From: Monocercomonoides exilis PA203
Taxonomy: Eukaryota; Protista; Preaxostyla
Direction of reading: 5' to 3'
Length of the DNA: 64,000 nucleotides
NCBI GenBank assembly: GCA_001643675.2
Contig: LSRY02000054.1
Coordinates: forward strand, 1-64,000
A program made the position numbers and the translations under genes. The notes under the pieces were generated by a model. It was not told the origin of the DNA. It was given only the letters and a program-made list of their open reading frames with translations, and ran no database searches. Numbering within the stretch: position 1 is the stretch's first letter; every line of letters starts with the position of its first letter. Shown here one piece after another: positions 35,004 through 45,897 of this stretch.

Positions 35004-36428
35004 ATGCAGTCAACGAGTAGAATCAAAAGGTTTAATGGTTTGTGCTTGTTATTGGATTTGAATTCATGATTATTGTGATTTAATTTATTCTTTAATTATT
35101 TAAAGAATTGTTTTCTGGATTGGAAGATTGTGATGTAGATGAACAGAAGCAGATGATCGAAGAAATGAATGAAATAATTGATGAAATGAATAAAAAAGAA
35201 TTTGAATCGGTTTTCACAACAAGAATGTTCGACAAAATATACAAAATGATTGAAGAAAAGAAAATGTCATTGAAGGATTCCCTTTTGCTGCTGAAGCACA
35301 TGGGATATTGCAATGTGCTGAAAAACATGTGGAGTAGTGGTTTTAATGATTCTGAAATGAGAAGAAGATTCGAACAGATGATTTTTGAAGAAGAAAAGAA
35401 AAAAGAAGAAAAGAACAAAGGGCTTTTGATTAACCTTTGCGAATGCTATATTTTTCAAAGCTGCAGCTTCACACCCGAATTGCTTTCAATTTGTTTGTCT
35501 TGCATTCTAGAAGCTGCGTCAAAGAAAGAGGAAAGCGAGGAGAATCAGAAAGAGGTGGAAATTGCCTTGCTGGCTTTAAGTCGCATTAGCCAGGATTTTG
35601 TCTGAACATTTCTTTTTCATTTTTATCATGTTTGCTTTTTTCCCCTTTATTTCTGATAAGGAAATGAAACAAGAACTATATTTGAAGGAAATTACAGAAA
35701 TCATCAAACATCAACAGAAACACAGAAATCTCACTAAACTTGCAAATCATTCGGCTTGGGAATTTTTAATAAACAGATTTTACACCAATAAATTGTTGGA
35801 AGATACAGTTGTGAATGAGCTGCATTTTTCGAGAGAGGCAGCAAGAGAATTGGATGTGCTGACAAGAAACGTGGATTGGAAGAAGAAAGAAGAGGAAATG
35901 AACAAAGAAGAAGCGAAAGAAGAATTTACATTGGTGAGATGGCTGCAAACAATCGTGGTTTATTTTTGCCTTTGTCATTTGAGGAATGAAGAAAATGTTG
36001 GGCTGCTCAAAAACATTGTTCAGGTTCATCGAGCAGCAAAAGGGGATAATCACAGAGGTATTCGCAGTCAGTGCGTTTGTTCCTTGAGAAATGCAGCAGA
36101 AAATAGAAATGTGAAGGTTGAAGATTTGTTGAAAGGAGGAGCTGTTGATGCTATTTTGGAGAGGATACGGCGGAGAACATTGATTGACGTAATTGTATAT
36201 AAATGCTTGCAATTCTTTACTATTGCTTCAAATCGATTGAAAGAAGAGGATGACGATGCAAAGGAAAAAGTGAAAAGAAAGTCATCAAAAATGGAGATAT
36301 TCGAAAAGCTGGAAGAAGAAGGATACGAAGATATCATCACCAGCTTTTATGAAACATTAAATATTTTTAACAAACGACATTATCATACACTATTGTTGAA
36401 ATTTTCTGATTATTTTGTGAATGTTTGA
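35004..36428 (+). CDS. Uncharacterised alpha-helical multicopy-family protein, 3 exons, apparently intact
   Basis: Exons 35004-35037, 35106-35599 and 35661-36428 are joined in frame by GT-AG introns of 68 and 61 nt. Same architecture and motifs (ELHFSREAAREL, EKLEEEGYED) as 51796-53246. Confidence 0.8.
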
Positions 36429-36559
36429 GAAGATTCATTGTATTTTGCAACTCTTTTTTTTCAGCTTTCTCTTTTTTTATAATTTCGCAAAAAAGAAAGC
36501 AATTGAGATATTTTGGATAAACCGTTTTCCATAACTTCGAAACGAGACAAAGCAATTAA

Positions 36560-38273
36560 AAAGATTAAAAAGAAGAAGAAGAGAAGAAGGAAGGTAATAT
36601 TTCAGAAGAAGAAAATAGAAATCCAAATGGAAGAAGTGAAAAGCTTTCATCAAAAAGCCAATCGAAAAACAAAAAAACTGGGAAAATGAAGGCTAGCCAG
36701 CTGAAAGGAAAAAAAAAACAGAGAAGAAAGAGAAAGTGCAACGCCAAAGCAAAAAAATACATTAAGTTCTGATTTTGGAGCGGACATTGAATCGATAAAA
36801 TCAGTTCTGGAAGAATCAGAAGAAGAAGAAATGAGAGAGAAGTAGAGGATAATCGGCGCATTTACATTGGAAAAGATTCAAAAGCAGAAAACAGCAAAAG
36901 GCAATGCAAATAAGAAAGCAACTCAAAAGAGGAAGAAGAAGAGCGGGCAGATAAAAAGATCAAATTCTCATTTGAAGCGAAAGAAATCGAAGAGGAAAAG
37001 AAGTTTTGATGATGGAAGCTACGAAGAAGACGATGACGAAATGAACATGACAAAGAAGAAGAGTGTAATGAAGAAGAAGAAGAAGAAGAAGAAGAAGAAG
37101 AAGAATAAGAATAAGAATTAGAAGAAGATGAAGAAGAAGACAGTTATGAAGAAGAAAATGATGATGACTATGAAGGCGATGAAGACGACGATGAAGGAGA
37201 AGAGGACGAGGAAGCAACGCTGAGTGAAGAGATTGAGAATGAAGATCTGTCAAAATCAAAATATGTTCCCTTTCTGGGTTCATCCTGGCTGGATCAGAGT
37301 TTTTGAGAGCGGGGCGACTTCTGCGAACAGCCCAGTATCACAGAGAAGGAGCAGACGAAAGAGAGGAACCAAGATTTCAACTTCTTGCACCCTCTCTCTT
37401 TCTCTTTTATCTTCTTGTTATCGCGCTCTTCGTGCAGTTGTGACACAGCGCCCTCTCTTCTTCGATAACCGCCTGGCGAATCCGATTGAAGTTGTACCGC
37501 TGACACTGAAATTTGAGAGAGAGTGCGTGAAGATGGATGCATCACTCGAAGAACAGATCAGAACAAAAGTGAATTTCATCAGACTAGCAGAAAATGGGAT
37601 AGACAACGGTTTGTGCTTTTGAAGTGATTATGTTCAATAATTCATTCACATTAACTTCTTATTTTTATTTTTTTGTTTATTCATAAATTTTATTTTTCCC
37701 CTCAGATGATCAGTCTATCACCATCCTCTCCTGTACCCTCCATGTCTTCGTGCACAACACTCACAAAATGCTCTGAAAAGTCTCTTTCGATTCCTCTTGT
37801 GAAAGGCAAAGCTTCTTCAATGCGACGCAAAGTCGCTAAAAAGATGAACATTGTCAATCACTTCCCTCCTTCTAAAGCCAAAAAAAACATCTTTTGTTCG
37901 CTTTTGCTATCCGCACCCATTTTTGACTTTGTATTTTCTGCTCGAATTTGAGCTGCTCATTCCGATCTCTTTTCAGCGCCCACTTGTTTCAGACAGCTCT
38001 TTTTGCTCTTCGAAAGAGGGGAGATTTGAATATGAAGCGCCAAAAGTGATAATTCCAGACAAGGTGAAGAGGAAAGTGTGTGTCTGGTGGAATGAATTCA
38101 GGCTGTTTGATGCGAGTTCGGAGAGAGAGAGAGAGATAAAAAAGAGGAAGGAGACGAGGAAGATGAAGAAGAAGGACCGAGATGATGATGATGATGATGA
38201 TGAAAATCACGATGATGAAAGCGATGAAGAAAAAGAAAAAGATGATAGTGAAGCATATAGCAAGCCAAGTTAA
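36560..38273 (+). pseudogene. Fragmented acidic low-complexity gene of unknown function
   Basis: E/D-rich tracts with stops plus globular-looking pieces (RPLFFDNRLANPIEVVPLTLKFEREC; FEYEAPKVIIPDKVKRKVCVWWNEF); candidate intron about 37608-37705. Confidence 0.4.
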
Positions 38274-39994
38274 TGTAAACTTTCGCGAAAGCAATCGAAA
38301 AAAACTCAAACAAAAAAGTACTTTAACTTCATCGTCCTCTTTTCTTCTTCTTCTTCTTCTTCTTCTTCCACTTCATCCTCTTCATCACATGATTTTTTTT
38401 AATCTTTTGTTTCTTCTTCCTCTTTTTCTCATTCTCGTTCTTCCCCCTTTCGCTTTCTCTCTTCTTTCAAACAATTTCTTTCCGACAAATGCGATGTTCT
38501 TCACTCCATCAGACTATTTTATCATTTCAGCAACCTTATTTTACATAATCCTCTTCGGCTTCGCATGCAGCTCCATCTGCTCCTTCATCACCATTGTTGT
38601 TTCCTAATGTTCATGCCATCTCGCTCACGTACTCCAATAGAGTGACACTTCATTCTCTGGATAATACGGAATTATCTGAACAATGATTCTTCACTTTTTT
38701 TGTTTTGAAAATAGAATTTCGACCCTTATATGTTATCACAGTTTCATGTTATAGAAAAAGAATCGCATCATACGGTTTTGTGCAAATTTTAACTTTGAAC
38801 AAAATATTTTTACAATTATAAGGAATAATAACTGTCCACAATTAACCGCTTTATCGTTTCATAGAATTGCCACAACAATAAAATGTTATTTTTGAAATGA
38901 TGATCAAATTTGTATTAAAAATCAAACCGAAAAAGATAAAAGAGAACTGTTCGAAATACGCTACACTTCATTTCCTTTTATTTATAATGATCATAAATTT
39001 TGTTTGAACAATCCATCATTTGGTATAAAATTTAACCAAATCATTGAACTTCAAAATAAGAAATCAAAGCAAGCATGATTCAAAAATTAAAAAAAAGTAA
39101 AATTTTTTAAATGAGTGAAAGTCTTGAAATAATAAAAAAAAATTAAACAATTGTTAAAAAAAAATCATTTATTTGCATTTATATCTAACAACTCGACTGA
39201 TATTTGTCAAATGACTAATCAGTGCAAAGATCTGTCTATTACACATTATAAAAATTAGAATTTTCGAAAAAAAAGGAAATTTTTTGATTTATCATTTCCA
39301 TATATAATTATAAATATTTATCGATAAAAATAAATAAAAAGATTTTATTTCGTTTTTTTCTTTCACAAAAATTAAAAATTAAAATCAAAATTTTCTTAAT
39401 AATAAAAAAAAGCTCGACAAAATTGTCGATGGACCTGCAGAGTTGTATAAAAAATGTCTGTCGGTCGCAGAGGCCTTATTATATATATATAATTTATGAA
39501 GAATGCGAATTGAACATTTATTATTCAAAATGTTTGAAGTTTTTTTTCCATATTTTTTCGATTGCTATTCACATTTCGTTGTTATCATCAAATAATTTAA
39601 AAAACTGAAATTTCTAAGCGATTCAATGTTTATTATATATTTAAAATGATGTGTATGAAAAGAAAAATACTAATTTGATGTCTTCATTTGGTAAAAACTT
39701 TGTGAAATATTGTAACAGCAGTTGTATCAATCTATTTTTGATACTATAATTTTTGCTCATTTCATTTTTGATTCAATCAAATATAGGGTGCAAATTTTAT
39801 CTTGACCTTAAAATTTTATCTCAACCCTATTTTTTTGAAACTTATTTTTGCTTTTTTGATTTGAAAAAAGGCTTAAAACAAAAACAAAATAAATAGACTT
39901 CAAGACATTTTTGTTTTTCAGAATTCTGTGGAAAATAATTTTGAAAATTTTATATACAAAAAATTGTTAAAATTTTTTTTGATTTTGGCACCCA

Positions 39995-40599
39995 GATCAA
40001 AGACTTGCTGGCCGTGAAGCGAATATTTCATACCGAACGTTTTTAGCCACAACATCAGCATTCCACATTCCTATATTATTATTTTAACTTGTTTTTAACT
40101 TTTTCAATTTAATTTTTGACCTTTTTTTCATATTTCACTGTTTTTGCTTAAAACACGATTTTTTATATAAACAAGTGTTTGTGTCAAATTTTAAAAAAAA
40201 CGAAAAAAATATGCAAAGTCTTATTTATCGTTTATTTGCATTAAGCATTGAAATGAAAAGGAACTTTTCAAGAATTTTAACTGAAAAGCAAGTGTATATG
40301 ATTTTTTTGTTATACAAATTATTAAACATATACAAACAAATATTTATTTTTGCATACGAGAATCGTTTTATTTTAATATTGTTTATTTTTCATTTCAATA
40401 GATTTCAAAACAAATTCATGTGTGTCCTTAAAATCGTGTTTTTTGAAAATATGTGTGAAATGAGAAAAAGTATTAAAAAAACAAGTTGAGAAAGTTTAAA
40501 ACAAGTTCAACTTATAAAAAAATAAACGATGTATTATGATAAGAAAGCTTAAAACTTCTGAAATTGTGTTATCACTGAAAAAGCAGCAAGTCAATGATC
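39995..40599. mobile_element. ~600-bp foldback/MITE-like element
   Basis: Ends GATCAAAGACTTGCTG / CAGCAAGTCAATGATC. Inner inverted blocks AACTTGTTTTTAACTTT / AAAGTTTAAAACAAGTT and AAAACACGATTTT / AAAATCGTGTTTT. Confidence 0.6.
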
Positions 40600-41221
40600 A
40601 AAACATAAAATTATTATTATCCTCGATCTTTCTGTGAAACATGAAATATTGAAAAAAAAATACAGAATAAGGAAAATAAAACATTTCAAACATTTCTGGT
40701 TATTTTTTATTTATCGCAGGCTTGCGTAAAGCTAAAAGCATGGCGAAAAAGAAAAAGTTCTAGATTAAATGATAGCCCTAACAAAAAAATTAAAACTGCA
40801 ATGTGCTTTTATCTCATTTACAAACTGATTAAAGAACAAAATCCATATGTAACATAAATATTCAGAAAACCTAAAATTTTCATATTTATTGAAAAAACGG
40901 TGAAATGCTAAAAAACAATCGAAAAAATAGTCAAAAACAAATAATATTCGGAATAATAAAACTTCTTTATGTATGTTTCATGGTATTATTGTGAAAAATA
41001 AACAAAAAAAGAAAGATAGTCCAAAATGGACAAAACAAACGACAAAAAATTTTTTTAGAAATATCAAGATCCTTATCAAAAACAAAAATTGACAAAAAAT
41101 ATTTTGAATGAACGTTTAATACATATTCAAACCTGGCTCAATATGCTATTTCTATTTTCAGTTTTTATTTATTGAGAAACGCCAATAAAAAAATGTCCTG
41201 ATAAAAAAACCACCCTATGCA

Positions 41222-41360
41222 ATTTTAACGTTATTGTCAATATTTTTAACTCGACATTTTTTCCACGTCATTTTTGGGAAAGAGAAGTTTTTACTCAAAC
41301 CACCCATTCTTTAAGATTAAAATTCATTATCTCTGAGTCAACCTGTCTCCCTGCGTTTTA
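41222..41360. repeat. Dispersed ~140-bp non-coding repeat (second copy at 58581-58720)
   Basis: Colinear blocks TTTTTCCACGTCATTT, GAAGTTTT, AAACCACCCAT, TCATTATCTC and CTGTCTC.CTGCGTTTT occur in both copies. Confidence 0.75.
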
Positions 41361-44300
41361 ATTAGAGAAAATAACCAGGTGTGTGTTTTCTTTCTGTCAA
41401 TTGAATCATTTGCAGACCTTATTTCAATTCGACAATGAAAGAAGTCATTTTCTTCACATTTGTTTGCTCTGGAAGCAAAAGAATAATTTTTATTGAGATT
41501 GTATTCTTCTTTTCCTGATCGCTTATTTGGACAAACAATTTCAAGTTATGTGAATGTCGTTTAATAGCAATTTCCTTCATTTTTTATAATTCAATCTGAA
41601 AATGAATTTATTGATTGAATACAAAGAATTTTTTTTTTTCGAAATTGAATGGAAAATGACTCAACATTATTTATTCAAATTATTCTTAGAGAAGTTTCTG
41701 TTATTGAAAAACAATAACAAATGAATAATAATTATTGTTATCGAGATAATTAGTTCTTTTGAAATGTTATTTTCATGATTTCTCAAAAGTGACAGAAAAT
41801 TCTTCGCACCCTTTAAAAAACAAATATTGAATTGCATCCATATTTATCAATAAAAAGATTTTGGTAATATTTTGTGTTCAGAGTATTGTTTCTCGAGTGA
41901 TGTGTTTTAAATAAAAATGACAGTATCATTGGAAAATTCAGTTGAACAAGCAGAAAAAGAAATTAAAAAACTTGATAATAATATTTGAATGAATACACTA
42001 TGAAGAACAAGAACAAATGTTGTTTTTGAAAATAAATGATGGATCCCTTTAAAATCATTCATTCATTTCTTGTTCCTTTCCGTTATTCTCTTCATTTCTT
42101 GATTTCCGTTTCCTCACAACAACAACAACAATCACAATCACCACAACAGATGCCACAACAACAACAATCGGAACAACAATAGCAACAATGATCCCTGTTT
42201 TATTCTTTTTGTTTTGATCTTTCAGTTTCTCTTGTCTCACTTTCACATACTTCTCATATACATCCTCGGGCTCTGATTCTGCATCTTTTGCTCCCACAAT
42301 CCAACCAACAGTGGAATCATCATAATCATTCGCAAACTCAAAGGCATCTTCTTGTTTGCAGAACTCTTCGAAGTCTGGGGCAATGATAAGCAGAGATGTT
42401 GTTTTTGAGCCAGCGGTGTTTGAGCTGTCGATCTCCAGGTTGTGTGCTGATGGGAGTTTCAGATTCGATGTTGCCTTGGGCATGTCAATGAATATTGCTC
42501 CTGATTTCCCTTCTGGTGCTGAACAAGACTTGAATGAGCATTTGCTTGACCTTCCAATGGCCACTCTTGATTCCTCTGAACTGAGGGTGATATCCAACCC
42601 TGCTGCTGCTCCTTTCTCCGATTTCACTTCCTGAACATTCAATCCTTCGATTGAAACCTTCGAAGATGAATTGCTCCCATCATCGATGCTGATTGCTGCT
42701 CCACTTTCCACATTCACTTTGCTGATGTCCATTCCACTCAATGACACTTCACGGGCTCCAGAAAATGAAAATGGTGATGATGAGAATGTCACAAATGAGG
42801 TTTCATCTGTGCATTTCACTGTGTCCATTTCCACACTTCCATATGCCACGCTCACAAGACTGCTCTCCAAGGGGCTGTTTCCATTATCGTTTGCCATCAT
42901 CCCTTCTTGTGATTGTGATCCTATTCTGACAAATCGACATGTTGATATTTTCAGTGATATTGAACCTGATCCTGCACTGATCAATGAGTCCCAATTCTTT
43001 TCTGTTGAAGAGAATTGGAATGCCAAATACTTGAATTCCACAATTCTCTGACAAGAAAAGAGAATTGATGAAACAGAAACATCACAATCAATTGCCACTT
43101 CTGTATTTCCTTTTCCATTTTCATTCACTCCTTCAATTGTTATTCCATAGTTGGCTGAGAAGATGATTCCTTCAGCCTTCACAGAATCTGCAGTTTTGAC
43201 AACATCAATAAAACATTTTTCACTCTTTTCCAAGAAATCATAAGCTTCCTTCATGCTGTTGATTGCCGAATTAACATCGATTCCATTTCCCTTCCCTCCT
43301 TTCTTCACAAATGCTCTTGTCATATTGTCTGGCTTTTGAGGAATGGGATCAAAAAATGTGCTTACGAAATCACATTCTTTTTTTGTTTTATTGTCATATC
43401 CCACAACAAACCAAATGTTGTCTTCTCGTGTGCAATCAGCTGCAAAACTTTCCTTCATTGCATCTGCGATATCTTTGAACAATGAATCATTATTCAATGA
43501 TATTGACAATCCAGTATTTCTTTTTGACTCTCCTTTTCCACAACTGCATTTTTGAAATACAAGATTCTTTCCATTTGTTGGCCATTTCAGTTGAGAGGCA
43601 GATGTGAAATTTGGCATTTCCAAATAGATTCCACCGGATTGGCCGCCAGTGCATGATATGAAAGATGTCACACCTCCATCTCCCACCGTGAATGAACTTT
43701 CACTGCTTTCGATATAAACCTCTAATACTCCACACCCTCCTCCTTGACATTCTGTAAATGCACAACTATTCAGTGTCGCATCCATTTCAATATCTTTATA
43801 TTCTTCTATGGAAACGAGTGAACGATCACTGGAAATTTTCTTCAATGTCACATTCGTGAATGAAACTATTGTGGGGTTAGCAACATAAAAAAGATAATAC
43901 GAAGATGAAACTATTTGACTTTCATCAACGCATTCTACGTTGTCCATGTAAAAATTTCCATCATTTATATGCAAAAGGCCGTAATCCAAAGCGCCCACAT
44001 TTGATGATGGCCGGACAAACTGACAGTTTGAAATTGTCAGATTGGAATCACTTCCGTAAATCAAATTGTCATATGAGGATCCATTTAATGAAAACGGAAA
44101 ATGGAATGCTAAATATCTGAATTCCACTTCACCGTTACATGTAAATAGACTTCTTCCTGGATTCACATTGCAATCCATTGCAACCATTGTGTTTCCATTT
44201 CCATTATTGTTAATTCCTTCAATAGTGATTCCTTGCTTCTTGTTGAAAGTTAATGCCTCTGCTGTAAGTGCACTTGCATCATTGACAATATAGATCTTGC

Positions 44301-44700
44301 ATGCTTCATCATCTTCAAGCAGATAATATGCACTTTTCAATGATTTCTTTTCCTGACCGATCTCTGTTCCAGTGTTGGTGTCACTTCCACTTTGCTTCAC
44401 GTAAACTGCATAAGGTTTTCCTTCATCCAATTCTTGTGATGTTGCAAATGTGAAAATCAGAAAAACAAAGAGCATGAGTTTTGATGTTACTTGATCAATA
44501 TCACAACAGATCAACACATCCTTAATATAAACATAAACCGGATGCAATTAATGGCTTGTTTTTCTTCCAAGATCATTCAAAAAGTGAGTTCATCCATTAA
44601 ACAGTTTCCACAACAAATAAAAGCTCATATTTGTAGATCAGCCCATTTAATAACGGAAAAAAAGTTAACGCCCAAAATATATTTTGAAAACCCATTTATC
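41361..44700 (-). repeat. Inverted segmental duplicate of about 19670-27591 lacking the DIRS insertion
   Basis: Upstream region, whole surface-protein gene, downstream flank (22496-22682) and post-DIRS flank (27280-27591) all align in reverse complement. Confidence 0.9.
42055..44475 (-). CDS. Type I membrane surface protein with two tandem beta-helix-like modules (paralog 2)
   Basis: Signal peptide MLFVFLIFTFATSQE starts at 44475. Colinear with 19892-22276 but has the longer tail RKRKSRNEENNGKEQEMNE. Confidence 0.8.
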   Translation of the reverse strand: MLFVFLIFTFATSQELDEGKPYAVYVKQSGSDTNTGTEIGQEKKSLKSAYYLLEDDEACKIYIVNDASALTAEALTFNKKQGITIEGINNNGNGNTMVAMDCNVNPGRSLFTCNGEVEFRYLAFHFPFSLNGSSYDNLIYGSDSNLTISNCQFVRPSSNVGALDYGLLHINDGNFYMDNVECVDESQIVSSSYYLFYVANPTIVSFTNVTLKKISSDRSLVSIEEYKDIEMDATLNSCAFTECQGGGCGVLEVYIESSESSFTVGDGGVTSFISCTGGQSGGIYLEMPNFTSASQLKWPTNGKNLVFQKCSCGKGESKRNTGLSISLNNDSLFKDIADAMKESFAADCTREDNIWFVVGYDNKTKKECDFVSTFFDPIPQKPDNMTRAFVKKGGKGNGIDVNSAINSMKEAYDFLEKSEKCFIDVVKTADSVKAEGIIFSANYGITIEGVNENGKGNTEVAIDCDVSVSSILFSCQRIVEFKYLAFQFSSTEKNWDSLISAGSGSISLKISTCRFVRIGSQSQEGMMANDNGNSPLESSLVSVAYGSVEMDTVKCTDETSFVTFSSSPFSFSGAREVSLSGMDISKVNVESGAAISIDDGSNSSSKVSIEGLNVQEVKSEKGAAAGLDITLSSEESRVAIGRSSKCSFKSCSAPEGKSGAIFIDMPKATSNLKLPSAHNLEIDSSNTAGSKTTSLLIIAPDFEEFCKQEDAFEFANDYDDSTVGWIVGAKDAESEPEDVYEKYVKVRQEKLKDQNKKNKTGIIVAIVVPIVVVVASVVVIVIVVVVVRKRKSRNEENNGKEQEMNE

Positions 44701-45897
44701 AAATGAAGGCTCAAAAAAGGACTGAAAAAGTTTGTCGAAACTTTATGTTTGATGAGTACAAGTGAATAAAGAAAAATCAGGAAAAAATGAGTCACCTTCA
44801 ATTTTTATGTAGTTACAAAGAAAATTTTCTTTTGAATCAGTGCAGAAACTCCTGAAATAATTCTTTGACTCAAGTCTTATTTCTTTCCCAACAAATGTGG
44901 ACAACAGAAAAAAAAGTTCAAAAAATTATTGTCCTTAAAGTATTGATTCAACGCCTCTTCAGAAAATTTCAGTTTATTTACTTGTTTCTTCCAAAAGAAT
45001 TGAAATAGCTCACATATTGTGATATCTTTCTTTTTCAAATCAATATCATTGACTTGACTCGTCGATCGCATAACCTTATGAACCATTTCATTGTGATATT
45101 TTTTCATTCATATTTTCATGGCTTTGTTTCCGAAAGAGTGTCTATCTTCCTTTAGCTTCATATTTTGTTCTTCCTCATCTATCTCATCTGGAGCCAAGCT
45201 CAGTTCTTTGTTCAACATTTGGAGTATGTGAAACAAAAAACGGAACGCAATTGCAACATGTGGAATTAGAATCTATTGAAATAGACATTTGAAATGAACC
45301 CTTCCCATGTTTTTGTATTGGCAGTTTCATGATATCAGAAAGGATGTCAGTGAAAATCCAGAGGCTTCTGCAGATTGATGTGCCAGAAAATTCAAAGTTG
45401 TGTGTGAGTTGAACGATTCTGGAAAATGAAATGTTGCAAGTCCAGTAATAGCACATATTATGAACACCACAATAGTATTTGATGAATGTTTTCAAAATTT
45501 TAAGGATTATTTTATACAGAAAATCCTATTTAATATTTCAAAAATGTTGTTACACAATTTAATGTTCTTTTCGATAACCTCAATGTTGAATTATTCCATT
45601 TGAAAATTTTCAAAGCAGAAAAAGGATGATGAAAAACATTTAGAAGAAATATTAAATGGAAAATAAAAAAATATATAAAAACATTTTCGCAAAACGAGAG
45701 ATTGGTCGATGAAATGTGTATTGTTCGAATAATTAATTATGAATATTGGAATAAAACACATTTGATTCATGAGTTTTGAGTTTTTTAAACTATTTGTTAC
45801 AATGATTATTTTTATTTGAAAAAATTTATTTCCCAATTCTTATTTGATTTTTTTGTAAAATGATAACCATAAATTATTATTTCAGTTTTTCGTGGAA

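Noticed and set aside
44760-45520. Possible minus-strand gene remnant
   Set aside because: Short ORFs with no motif I can support.
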